From Patescibacteria group bacterium (lineage in GTDB: Bacteria > Patescibacteriota > Minisyncoccia > Phycocordibacterales > SIBU01): a stretch of DNA of 64,000 nucleotides. Below are positions 9,987-18,799 of this stretch, piece by piece. The notes under the pieces are model-generated. The model made no database searches and was not told the origin of the DNA. It saw only the letters and a list, made by a program, of their open reading frames with translations. The position numbers and the translations under genes are program-made. How positions within the stretch are numbered: the first letter of the stretch is position 1; each line of letters begins with the position of its first letter. The DNA is taken from contig JBBTUO010000017.1 in assembly GCA_038063715.1 (NCBI GenBank), positions 22,518-86,517 on the forward strand, given 5' to 3'.

Positions 9987-10867
9987 ATATGCGACAGCAA
10001 TTAATTCAAAGCGGAGAGGCGCTTCTAGCTAAGGACCAGAAGCTGGTTATTCTGCTTGGCGATATGAGTGTGTTCGGCTTCCGAGAAGCTTTCAAAAATT
10101 TCCCGACGAGAATATACAATATAGGAATACTTGAACAATCTACGATAGGATTGGCAGCTGGCCTCGCAATGACAGGAATGGTTCCGATTGTCCATACAAT
10201 TGCTCCTTTTCTAGTTGAACGCTCTTTGGAACAACTGAAAGACGATTTCGGTTATCAAAAGTTGGGAGGAAATTTTGTCAGCATTGGAGCCTCATACGAC
10301 TACTCTGCTTTAGGCTGTACTCACCACTGCCCCGGGGATGTCGGCATCTTGAAAAATATTCCCGGAATGGAAATCGTGGTTCCAGGGACAGCCGCGGAAT
10401 TTGACTCTCTGCTTCGCCAAGCCTACGACAACGGACGGCCAACTTATTATCGACTAAGCGAACAAGAAAACACCGAAAGCTACCCAGTTAAATTTGGCAA
10501 AGCACAAGTAATTAAAAAAGGTAAAAAAGCGACGATCATCGCAGTCGGTCCAGCGCTTAGGCCGTCGCTTGAAGCGTGTGCAAATGATGATGTCACTATA
10601 CTTTATTACACAACCGTCGCTCCTTTTGATAGTGACACCTTGCGAAACAATTGCTCCTCAGGAAGAGTTTTACTATGTGAGCCATACTACACTGGAACCC
10701 TCACAAATGACATCATGTCTGCCCTAAATCCTCTGCCAATTGTAATTGAAAACGTCGGGGTACCACGAGAATTCTTAACCCATTACGGCAAAGCTTCCGA
10801 GCAAGACGCTTACATTGGGATGACCGGTTCAGCCATCCATTCAAAACTAAAAAAACTACTGTTATGA
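9983..10867 (+). CDS. Transketolase, C-terminal (pyrimidine-binding/C-terminal) subunit
   Basis: 294 aa with the pattern of the transketolase central and C-terminal domains. Its start overlaps the stop of the N-terminal subunit gene by 4 nt. Confidence 0.85.
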   Translation: MNMRQQLIQSGEALLAKDQKLVILLGDMSVFGFREAFKNFPTRIYNIGILEQSTIGLAAGLAMTGMVPIVHTIAPFLVERSLEQLKDDFGYQKLGGNFVSIGASYDYSALGCTHHCPGDVGILKNIPGMEIVVPGTAAEFDSLLRQAYDNGRPTYYRLSEQENTESYPVKFGKAQVIKKGKKATIIAVGPALRPSLEACANDDVTILYYTTVAPFDSDTLRNNCSSGRVLLCEPYYTGTLTNDIMSALNPLPIVIENVGVPREFLTHYGKASEQDAYIGMTGSAIHSKLKKLLL

Positions 10868-11823
10868 ACAAGCCCAATTCAAAAACATCTTCGATGGTAA
10901 AATTCCCCAAGTTGCTAATAACTGGTGGAAACGGACTGGTTGGCACAGCTATTAAAAAGCTTGGAATACCAGACGCGGTTTTTGTCGCAAGAGCAGACGC
11001 TGATTTGCGAGATTTTAAGCTAACGAAGGCCCTGTTTGAAAAAATTAAACCGACACACGTCATCCATTTAGCCGCACATGTCGGAGGTGTCGGCGGAAAC
11101 AGCCTTCATCCTGGTGAATACTTCCGTGACAATATTCTAATAAATACCAATGTCTTGGAGGCCGCACGGTTAACGGGCGTAAAAAAACTCGTATCAATGC
11201 TCTCAACCTGCATTTTTCCTGATCCAGCAATATTCCCACTGAAAGCTGAAGACTTGCATAAAGGTCAACCGCATCCATCAAATTTCGGCTATGCCTATGC
11301 TAAAAGAATGCTTGAGGTTCAAACTAACGCCTACAGAAAAGAGTGGGGTTGCGATTATATTACTCTAGTAGGCACTAACATTTATGGTCCGAATGATAAT
11401 TTCAGTTTGGAAAACGGACATGTCGTCTCCTCGCTCGTACATAAGTGTTTTTTAGCAAAGAAAAATAAAACCGATCTTGAGGTTTGGGGAAGTGGAAAAC
11501 CGCTCCGTGAATTTGTTTTGTCTGACGACATCGCGAAACTGACCGTTTGGGCTATTGAAAGCTACGACGAAGCGGAGCCTCTGATGCTATCCTCCGGCAT
11601 TGAGACTAGCATAAAGGAACTGGTGCTTCTAGTAGCGGAAAAAATGAAATTCACAGGACGGGTTATTTTTGACACTAAAAAAACCGACGGACAACTCCGA
11701 AAACCGTCTGACACTACAAAATTTTTAAAATACCTCCCAGAATTTAAATTTACCCCTGTTGAGGATGGTGTAGAAAAAACCGTTAATTGGTTCGTGGAGA
11801 ATTATCCCAATGTCAGAAAATAA
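10864..11823 (+). CDS. NAD(P)-dependent epimerase/reductase, second GDP-L-fucose-synthase-like paralog (GDP-4-keto-6-deoxyhexose epimerase/reductase family)
   Basis: LLITGGNGLVGTAI, LSTCIFPD, YAYAKRMLEV and GTNIYGPNDNF motifs parallel Fcl. Confidence 0.7.
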   Translation: MNKPNSKTSSMVKFPKLLITGGNGLVGTAIKKLGIPDAVFVARADADLRDFKLTKALFEKIKPTHVIHLAAHVGGVGGNSLHPGEYFRDNILINTNVLEAARLTGVKKLVSMLSTCIFPDPAIFPLKAEDLHKGQPHPSNFGYAYAKRMLEVQTNAYRKEWGCDYITLVGTNIYGPNDNFSLENGHVVSSLVHKCFLAKKNKTDLEVWGSGKPLREFVLSDDIAKLTVWAIESYDEAEPLMLSSGIETSIKELVLLVAEKMKFTGRVIFDTKKTDGQLRKPSDTTKFLKYLPEFKFTPVEDGVEKTVNWFVENYPNVRK

Positions 11824-12916
11824 AATGGGAAAAAAAATTCTAATCCAAGTGCCCAGTCCGTTTGCCGCAAATAACGCGATCTTTGAACAAGACGCAAATA
11901 ATATGACAGAGCCATGGCGTGTTTTAAAGGCGCGCCTAAATTCTCTCGGCTACGAAGTGCTAACAGCCGATAATAACTCGCTTGAAGACTGTGAATGGCT
12001 TTTGTTTATTGACTCGCTTTCGCTCTACGGCACCGCTCAGCGTGGAGGTTTTAAAAATTTTGCACGCAGAATTTCAAATAAAATTTTCAAAGTGAAAGAT
12101 AAAAATCCATGGCCAAATCGGCCTTTGTATGAAGAAGCTATGGCGCGAGGAATGGAAAACCGGATGGCGTTGTTTCTTTGGGAAGGCGCCGTAGTGAGTC
12201 CATACAACTATATGCCGAAAACCTGGAAAAAGTTTAACCGAATCTTTACTTGGAAAGATGATTTAGTTGATAACAAAAAATTCTTCAAATTTTATCTGCC
12301 GACACCGACTCAAAATGGAATAGTAAAACCTCTGCCATTCGCACAAAAAAAACTGCTAGTAAACATTTCAGCGAATAAGTGGTACCCAGGCGAAAATGAG
12401 CTTTTCAGTGCCAGGGTGAGAACCAGTCTGTATTTTGATCGACACTATCCCAATGATTTTGATCACTTTGGAGCGCGATGGCATACGGCGGTTACACGCT
12501 GGCAGAAATACTTTCCAGCTCTTATACCAAAATTTACTACTTACCGCGGTAAATCAGGAAACAAGATGGAAACACTTTCTAAATATAAATTCTCACTATG
12601 TTATGAAAACGTTTCTGACAATAAAGGTTATATTACCGAAAAAATCTTTGACATCCTTCAGGCAAAATCCGTGCCAGTTTATTGGGGGGCACCAAACATT
12701 GAGGAGTACGTCCCCTCTACTGCTTTCGTAGATCGAAGAAAATTCATAAATGATGAGGCGTTAGCAAAATACTTAAAAAATGTTTCCGAGGAAAACTATG
12801 AAAAAATGGTTGAGGCAGGACAAAAATATCTTGAAACCGAAAACTGTAAAAAATTCTTTTCGGAATATTTTGCTAAACGAGTAATTGAGGTTTTAAATAT
12901 CACGAGAAAAAACTAG
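11810..12916 (+). CDS. GT10 family alpha-1,3-fucosyltransferase-like glycosyltransferase
   Basis: The C-terminal motif KFSLCYENVSDNKGYITEKIFDILQAKSVPVYWGAPNIEEY matches the conserved GT10 alpha-1,3-FucT motif known from Helicobacter FutA. Confidence 0.8.
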   Translation: MSENKMGKKILIQVPSPFAANNAIFEQDANNMTEPWRVLKARLNSLGYEVLTADNNSLEDCEWLLFIDSLSLYGTAQRGGFKNFARRISNKIFKVKDKNPWPNRPLYEEAMARGMENRMALFLWEGAVVSPYNYMPKTWKKFNRIFTWKDDLVDNKKFFKFYLPTPTQNGIVKPLPFAQKKLLVNISANKWYPGENELFSARVRTSLYFDRHYPNDFDHFGARWHTAVTRWQKYFPALIPKFTTYRGKSGNKMETLSKYKFSLCYENVSDNKGYITEKIFDILQAKSVPVYWGAPNIEEYVPSTAFVDRRKFINDEALAKYLKNVSEENYEKMVEAGQKYLETENCKKFFSEYFAKRVIEVLNITRKN

Positions 12917-12917
12917 T

Positions 12918-13931
12918 ATGAAAGAGCCTTTGACTAAAAACCAAAAACTTGCTCGCAATTCTCTTCTTTCAAAAATTGAAACTGGTGAATACGCGCTTAG
13001 AGCTAACCCTTGCATTTGTGGAAAGATGATGGATATTCTGATTGCAAATCGAGACCGTTATAATATTTCCATACGCACCGTGCTTTGTCAGGCCTGTGGT
13101 CTGGTTCGCTCCGATCCTTATTATAACACCGTCACTCTCTCACACTTTTATAATGATGAATATCGAAAGCTCTACGCCATCAAAGCTGGGTCGGTCGAAG
13201 ATTTTTTTATTGAACAAACTGGTTTTGGAAAGCATATTTATGATTTCTTAGCCGAAAAGATTTTCAAGCGCGAAATCAAGGGAAAAAATGTCCTTGAAAT
13301 CGGTTGTGGTGCAGGAGGAATTCTAGAAACCTTTAAAAAAATGGGGAATGAAGTTGCCGGTTGTGATTATGGTGAAAGTTACATCCAGTTTGGGAAAAGT
13401 AAAGGATTAAATCTTTTTGCTGGTGGTTCGGATACTCTTTTAAACACGGGTTTAGCAGACATTATAATTCTCAACCACACATTTGAGCATATGACTCAAC
13501 CAACTAAAGAGTTGGAGCAAATTAAAAAATTACTAGCACCAAACGGCATACTATATATATCGTTGCCGGGAATTTATTCAATTCATGATACTTATGCGGG
13601 TAAACTTATTAATGGGTACTTGCAAAATGCCCACGTTTGGTATTTCACTCTGAAAACCTTAACTTCCCTGCTCTCTAAATGTGGCTTTCAGCTTATAGCT
13701 GGAAATGAAATAATTATGGCGGTTTATAAAATTGGCCTGACAAGCCAAAAAATGGAAGTCGAAAGCCCTGAAAAAATCCTATACTACCTTAAAAAAACCA
13801 AAAAATTACGCTGGTACTACGGCTTAAAAAAGTTCTCCCTCCGTCATTCAGCCTTTGAAACATTGAGACGATTTGGACCGTTATATAAGATGACCCGAAC
13901 TATTTATAGAAAAGCTAAAAAAATACAATGA
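12918..13931 (+). CDS. Class I SAM-dependent methyltransferase with an N-terminal Cys-rich (zinc-ribbon-like) region
   Basis: VLEIGCGAGGILE motif I. A CxC...CQACG cysteine cluster lies upstream. Confidence 0.7.
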   Translation: MKEPLTKNQKLARNSLLSKIETGEYALRANPCICGKMMDILIANRDRYNISIRTVLCQACGLVRSDPYYNTVTLSHFYNDEYRKLYAIKAGSVEDFFIEQTGFGKHIYDFLAEKIFKREIKGKNVLEIGCGAGGILETFKKMGNEVAGCDYGESYIQFGKSKGLNLFAGGSDTLLNTGLADIIILNHTFEHMTQPTKELEQIKKLLAPNGILYISLPGIYSIHDTYAGKLINGYLQNAHVWYFTLKTLTSLLSKCGFQLIAGNEIIMAVYKIGLTSQKMEVESPEKILYYLKKTKKLRWYYGLKKFSLRHSAFETLRRFGPLYKMTRTIYRKAKKIQ

Positions 13932-14608
13932 TAAAGGGACAAAAAATCGTGGCACTCGTGCCTCTTAGGGGCGGATCAAAATCTATCCCTTACAAAAATA
14001 TAAAAAAAATCTCTGGCAAGCCTTTAGCTTACTGGTGCCTTTTTGCTGCTACCAATTCAAAATATATTGATGAAGTGTGGGTTTCGACAGATGATTCGAA
14101 AATAAAAAAAGTGGTTTCAGGACTCGGACTTGACGTGAAAGTGCTAGACCGACCAGAAGCATTGGCCACGGACAAAGCATCGACTGAATCGGTGATGCTC
14201 CATTTTGCCGAGAAGGTCACCTTTGATATTCTGATTACCGTTCAAGCAACTTCCCCACTAACGACCAGTGACAATTTAGACAAAGCAATCGAAATTCTTT
14301 TAGAGGGTGGACATGATAGCTTGGTCACGGTGGTTAAAGAAAAAAGTTTCTTGTGGTCACCAGAAGGCAAAGCTCTAAATTACGACCCTAGAAATCGACC
14401 GATGAGGCAGGACTGGCCAGGGACATTTTCCGAAAATGGAGCTTTCTACATTACCAAAAAAAATATTCTAGAAACTGAAAAATGTCGACTCGGAGGGCGC
14501 GTCAAAGTCTTTGAGATGCCAGCCGAAACGACATTGCAAATTGACGAAGCGGAAGACTGGCGAAAAGTTGCAAAATTACTAAAAATGAGAAAGAATTATC
14601 TTTCCTAA
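13928..14608 (+). CDS. Acylneuraminate (CMP-ulosonic acid) cytidylyltransferase family protein
   Basis: IVALVPLRGGSKSIPYKNIKKISGKPL is the hallmark N-terminus of NeuA/PseF/LegF-type cytidylyltransferases. Confidence 0.8.
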   Translation: MIKGQKIVALVPLRGGSKSIPYKNIKKISGKPLAYWCLFAATNSKYIDEVWVSTDDSKIKKVVSGLGLDVKVLDRPEALATDKASTESVMLHFAEKVTFDILITVQATSPLTTSDNLDKAIEILLEGGHDSLVTVVKEKSFLWSPEGKALNYDPRNRPMRQDWPGTFSENGAFYITKKNILETEKCRLGGRVKVFEMPAETTLQIDEAEDWRKVAKLLKMRKNYLS

Positions 14609-14615
14609 AGAATCT

Positions 14616-15497
14616 ATGAAATACAAACAGCCAAAAATAGTCGCGGAAATCGGTTGCAATCATATGGGTGATTTTGAATTGGCGAAAGAATTGATTTTCT
14701 TAGCCAAAGAAACTGGAGCGCATGTGGCAAAATTTCAAAAAAGAAATCCGCGTCAACTGCTGACAAAAGAACAGTATAACTCTCCTCACCCAGTGCCCTA
14801 TCACTCCTTCGGAAAAACTTACGGGGAGCACCGCGAGTTTCTAGAGCTCACGAAGGAACAGCATCGCAAACTTAAAAATTACTGCGACCGTCTTCATATT
14901 GAGTACGCAACTTCTGTTTGGGATGTGCAGTCCGCGCGAGAAATTATTTCTTTAAAACCTAAATATATTAAAGTTCCCTCGGCTTGCAACAACAACTACG
15001 AACTTTTGAAGGTCCTGCGGGATAACTACAAAGGTGACGTCCATATATCTTTCGGTATGACAACGCACGATGAAGAAGAGTCGATTGTGAAATTTTTTGA
15101 GGAAAAGAATCAGGCCAAAAAACGCTTGGTTATCTACTCCTGCACCTCTGGCTACCCAGTTGATTTTAATGACGTCTGTCTTTTGGAAATTTCTAGAGTT
15201 GAAAAAACCTATGGTGATAGAGTAAAGGAAATTGGCTTTTCTGGGCACCACGCTGGCATCGCCATCGATATCGCAGCTTATGCACTGGGTGCCACTTGGA
15301 TTGAAAGACACTTCACAAAGGACAGAATGCTCAAGGGCACCGATCATGCAGCTTCGCTCGAGCCACAGGGCTTGAAAACTCTTGCCAGAAATCTTGGCGC
15401 TACCTTTACGTCCCTGACATATAAAAAATCAGAAATTTTGGAAGTGGAAAAGGTTCAGCGAGAAAAATTAAAGTATCGTTCAAAATCAGAAAAATAA
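14616..15497 (+). CDS. N-acetylneuraminate synthase (NeuB/PseI/LegI) family PEP-condensing enzyme, short form lacking a recognisable C-terminal SAF domain
   Basis: KIVAEIGCNHMGDFELAKELIFLAKETGAHVAKFQKR is the NeuB-family TIM-barrel N-terminus. At 293 aa it is shorter than canonical NeuB (about 345 aa). Confidence 0.78.
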   Translation: MKYKQPKIVAEIGCNHMGDFELAKELIFLAKETGAHVAKFQKRNPRQLLTKEQYNSPHPVPYHSFGKTYGEHREFLELTKEQHRKLKNYCDRLHIEYATSVWDVQSAREIISLKPKYIKVPSACNNNYELLKVLRDNYKGDVHISFGMTTHDEEESIVKFFEEKNQAKKRLVIYSCTSGYPVDFNDVCLLEISRVEKTYGDRVKEIGFSGHHAGIAIDIAAYALGATWIERHFTKDRMLKGTDHAASLEPQGLKTLARNLGATFTSLTYKKSEILEVEKVQREKLKYRSKSEK

Positions 15498-15498
15498 A

Positions 15499-16164
15499 AT
15501 GAAAATTTTAAACAAATTTAATAGTGAAAACAGTTTTGACTACGAGAACGGCTTTTACCTTACAGCTAAACCTGACAGACTCGGCAAGCTTTTGGCGCAT
15601 TATGAACTTTATAAAAAAGTTTGCGACCTACCGGGCGCGATTGTTGAATGTGGTGTTTTCAAGGGCGCATCTCTTATAAGATTCGCTACATTCCGAAATC
15701 TTTTTGAAGCGGAACATTCCCGAAAAGTTATCGGTTTTGACATGTATGGAAAATTCCCGCAAACTAAATTCGAAAATGATAAAAAATACCTGAAGAAATT
15801 CATTGAAGCCGCTGGTGAAGAAAGTATTTCAGAGACAGAACTGACGCAGATTTTTGAATTGAAGGATATTAAAAATTTTGAATTAGTTAAGGGTGATATC
15901 AACAAGACTGTTCCAGACTACGTAAAAAACAATCCTCATCTTAAAATTTCCCTACTACATATTGATACTGACGTATATGAACCGGCGGTCACAATCCTGC
16001 GTGAAATGTATGACCACGTTGTAAAAGGTGGAATCATCGCCTTTGATGACTACGGCACTTTCCCTGGCGAGACACAGGCGGTAGACGAATTCTTTAAAGA
16101 TAAAAAGGTAAAAATCCAGAAATTCCCCTTCTCACACATTCCTTCTTTTGTCGTAAAACCATAA
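15499..16164 (+). CDS. TylF/MycF (macrocin O-methyltransferase) family SAM-dependent O-methyltransferase
   Basis: IVECGVFKGASLIRFA and DTDVYEPAVTILREMYDHVVKGGIIAFDDY are characteristic of the TylF family. Confidence 0.78.
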   Translation: MKILNKFNSENSFDYENGFYLTAKPDRLGKLLAHYELYKKVCDLPGAIVECGVFKGASLIRFATFRNLFEAEHSRKVIGFDMYGKFPQTKFENDKKYLKKFIEAAGEESISETELTQIFELKDIKNFELVKGDINKTVPDYVKNNPHLKISLLHIDTDVYEPAVTILREMYDHVVKGGIIAFDDYGTFPGETQAVDEFFKDKKVKIQKFPFSHIPSFVVKP

Positions 16165-16170
16165 ACTCTC

Positions 16171-17031
16171 ATGAAGTCCACAATAAAAGAAATGCCGATT
16201 GCCGGTCAATTATTAAAAAACCTGGGAGCATTGAACCGAAATATCAAGCATGTTGTCCAATCCTCCCTGTTCTATCTAAAAAATAAAAAGCTTCTTTCGT
16301 TGAACAAAGTCTTAGCAGGAAGTGCTGCGGGTCGACGGGCTTTCATTCTTGCAACTGGCCCATCGATTAAAACTCAAGATCTTTCGCGCCTACAAGGAGA
16401 ATTATGCGTGAGCGTCAGCAATTTTTTCGTTCATCCTGACTTTAAAAAAATCAGTCCGGAATATCACATCTTTCCCGCCTCTCACAAACCTATAACAGTT
16501 GAACAAATGTTAGACTTGCTCCGCGACGCTGAAAAACATTTTCCTGATGGACAAAAAATCTTTATGTCTGCAACAGATAAATATCTCGTTGAAAAATTCG
16601 GCGTGTTTAAAAAACAAAAAGTCTACTATTATTTGATCTCCAGCAGTCCCTTGACTGCACAAGGTATGATTAATTTCTCAAAAAGGCTCCCGATAATACA
16701 GACCAGCCCGCACATAGCCGTATATCTCTCCCTGTATCTGGATGTAAAAGAAATTTATCTTTTGGGTGTGGACCATGACTGGATTTTACATATAGGCGAA
16801 ACGAGACATTTTTATGATGAGAAAAAAAGCGCACTTGCCCAAACCGGCTATAACGAGTGGTTAGAAAGCGATTTAGGTACCGAGTGTGAAGCGTATGGGC
16901 GCCTGTGGAAAATATATCGGCAAATAAGAACCTACGCGACCAAACATAAAGTTGTCATAATTAATGCAACAACCGGTAGTTTGCTTGACGTGTTCCCTAG
17001 AGCCAATCTGGAAGAAATTTTAAAAAAATAA
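16171..17031 (+). CDS. DUF115 (Maf/MptE-like) family protein, putative glycosyl/ulosonic-acid transferase
   Basis: AFILATGPSIKTQDLSRLQGELCVSVSN matches the GPSL....N Rossmann-like core of DUF115 (motility-accessory-factor family). I have no direct family confirmation. Confidence 0.4.
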   Translation: MKSTIKEMPIAGQLLKNLGALNRNIKHVVQSSLFYLKNKKLLSLNKVLAGSAAGRRAFILATGPSIKTQDLSRLQGELCVSVSNFFVHPDFKKISPEYHIFPASHKPITVEQMLDLLRDAEKHFPDGQKIFMSATDKYLVEKFGVFKKQKVYYYLISSSPLTAQGMINFSKRLPIIQTSPHIAVYLSLYLDVKEIYLLGVDHDWILHIGETRHFYDEKKSALAQTGYNEWLESDLGTECEAYGRLWKIYRQIRTYATKHKVVIINATTGSLLDVFPRANLEEILKK

Positions 17032-17868
17032 ATGAGTAAAGCAAGAAAAATTTTAAAATCAATCACGCCGCCATTCATCTGGAATGGGGCAAGAGCTTTG
17101 GTGTGGCCTAAAACCAAACAATACAGTGGAGATTTCAAAACTTGGGCCGAAGCCAAAGCACTTACTTCAGGCTACGACACTCCGTTAATTTTGGAAAAAG
17201 TACAAAGCGCAGCACTAAAAGTAAAACGCGGTGAAGCGGCTTATGAACGTGACTCGGTTAATTTCAGTACCATAGAGTACTCGTGGCCTCTCCTAGCGGG
17301 ACTTTTGTGGATTGCGAGCCAAAATGAAAACAAACTAAGCGTACTTGATTTTGGCGGTTCACTCGGTTCAAGCTACTACCAAAATAGGAAATTTTTGGCG
17401 CATCTCAAAAGCTTAAGTTGGTCTATTGTCGAACAAAAACACTTTGTAGAGTTTGGTCATAAAAATCTCACAGATGAGCATTTGAAATTCTACACCGACC
17501 TAAAAGAGTGTGCTGTGGCAGAAAAACCTGATGTTTTTCTGCTTTCGAGTGTTCTACCCTATATTGAAAAGCCCTACGAAATTTTGGAACTAGTTCGACA
17601 ATTAAACCTGAAATATATTATCATAGATCGCACCCCATTCTTCACACAGCCAAGCATCCTCCCCGATCGAATTACTGTCCAACAATCTTCAAAAAAAATC
17701 TATGACGCGAGTTATCCGGCATGGTTTTTAAATGAACATAAACTCCTAAGATTTTTAAGTACCGATTATGAATTGATAGCCGATTGGCAAGCGCTGGCGG
17801 GCAAAATTCCACTTGGGAATGTCATAGCGGAAGATAAAGGATATATATATGTTCGAAAAAATATTTAA
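17032..17868 (+). CDS. Putative SAM-dependent methyltransferase (TIGR04325-like family often found in glycan loci)
   Basis: The N-terminal ITPPFIWNG motif and VLDFGGSLGSSYY Gly-rich loop are followed by a Rossmann-like segment. Confidence 0.4.
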   Translation: MSKARKILKSITPPFIWNGARALVWPKTKQYSGDFKTWAEAKALTSGYDTPLILEKVQSAALKVKRGEAAYERDSVNFSTIEYSWPLLAGLLWIASQNENKLSVLDFGGSLGSSYYQNRKFLAHLKSLSWSIVEQKHFVEFGHKNLTDEHLKFYTDLKECAVAEKPDVFLLSSVLPYIEKPYEILELVRQLNLKYIIIDRTPFFTQPSILPDRITVQQSSKKIYDASYPAWFLNEHKLLRFLSTDYELIADWQALAGKIPLGNVIAEDKGYIYVRKNI

Positions 17869-18799
17869 TCGTCCTGAGCTTCAAAGTAACCCTCCGGTGC
17901 TGGTTGACATCGGAGCCTCCGGCGCGCTGTACCCTCATTGGGAGCAGATTGCCAAATATTGCATTTGCATTGCCTTTGACCCGGACTTACGGGAAATGAA
18001 GCACCTGGACAGCGGCACATCGCCCTATCGAGAACTTTTCGTTCATAACTCAATCGTATCAGCAGAGAAAAAATTGGAGAGTAATTTTTACTTGACCAAA
18101 TCCCCATACTGTTCGAGCACGCTCGTACCTGCTGTTGAACCATCCATTTCTGTAGCTCCTCTTTTTGAAATTGAGAAAAAAGTGGTCTTAAAAACTGAAA
18201 ATCTTGTTGACGTCCTAAGGGCAAAAAACATTTCTCACGTCGACTGGTTTAAAACCGATTCCCAAGGCACCGACCTTCGTATTTTCAAAAGTCTTGGGGA
18301 AGAAACTTTACGTCGTGTTCTGATAGCTGACCTTGAACCTGGAATTATAGACGCCTACAAAGGCGAGGACAAGGCATGGCACGTACTTCAATTCATGGAC
18401 GAAAAAAATTTTTGGATGAGCGACATGAGAGTAATGTCTGTGAAAAAGATCCCGAGAAATTGGAAAAAACTTTCGAACGAGCGAGATCGAACGTTTAGAA
18501 GCGGCTCAGCAGATTCGCCTGGCTGGACAGAAATGTCTTTTATAAGCGACGGCACACAAGAAGATTTCGACATTCGGGAATTTCTATTGCTCTGGGTCTT
18601 CGCTACCATCAAAAACCAGCACGGCTTCGCCTTTGATATCGCCACCCGTGGCACGGAAAAATTCTCCGATGTGATCTTCCTAGAGCTAGCGACCGAATCC
18701 GAAAAAAGCGCCACCCGCAAACAAAGATATAATAACCGAACCACTAAAATTATGCGCTTCACTAACCGTCTCAAAAAAATTGTGAAAAAAATTTTATGA
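17849..18799 (+). CDS. FkbM-family methyltransferase-like protein
   Basis: LVDIGASGALYPHW resembles the FkbM DIGAN.G motif. Confidence 0.45.
   Translation: MFEKIFNRPELQSNPPVLVDIGASGALYPHWEQIAKYCICIAFDPDLREMKHLDSGTSPYRELFVHNSIVSAEKKLESNFYLTKSPYCSSTLVPAVEPSISVAPLFEIEKKVVLKTENLVDVLRAKNISHVDWFKTDSQGTDLRIFKSLGEETLRRVLIADLEPGIIDAYKGEDKAWHVLQFMDEKNFWMSDMRVMSVKKIPRNWKKLSNERDRTFRSGSADSPGWTEMSFISDGTQEDFDIREFLLLWVFATIKNQHGFAFDIATRGTEKFSDVIFLELATESEKSATRKQRYNNRTTKIMRFTNRLKKIVKKIL

Noticed and set aside
9213-10867. Treating the transketolase pair as an unrelated housekeeping insertion
   Set aside because: The genes are translationally coupled to each other and sit co-directionally, tightly spaced, inside the sugar operon between wzt and an Fcl paralog. 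I therefore keep them as a probable pathway component, although housekeeping use cannot be excluded without the rest of the genome.
12435-12731. 98-aa ORF in another frame inside the GT10 fucosyltransferase gene
   Set aside because: It fully overlaps a strongly supported coding region and has no start context or conservation signal. I treat it as a shadow ORF.
14616-15497. Alternative call of the 293-aa synthase as KdsA (Kdo-8-P synthase)
   Set aside because: KdsA belongs to the DAHP-synthase-like family and has a different N-terminal signature. The EIGCNHMGD...AKFQ pattern and the adjacent GGSK-type cytidylyltransferase fit NeuB/SpsE-type enzymes instead.
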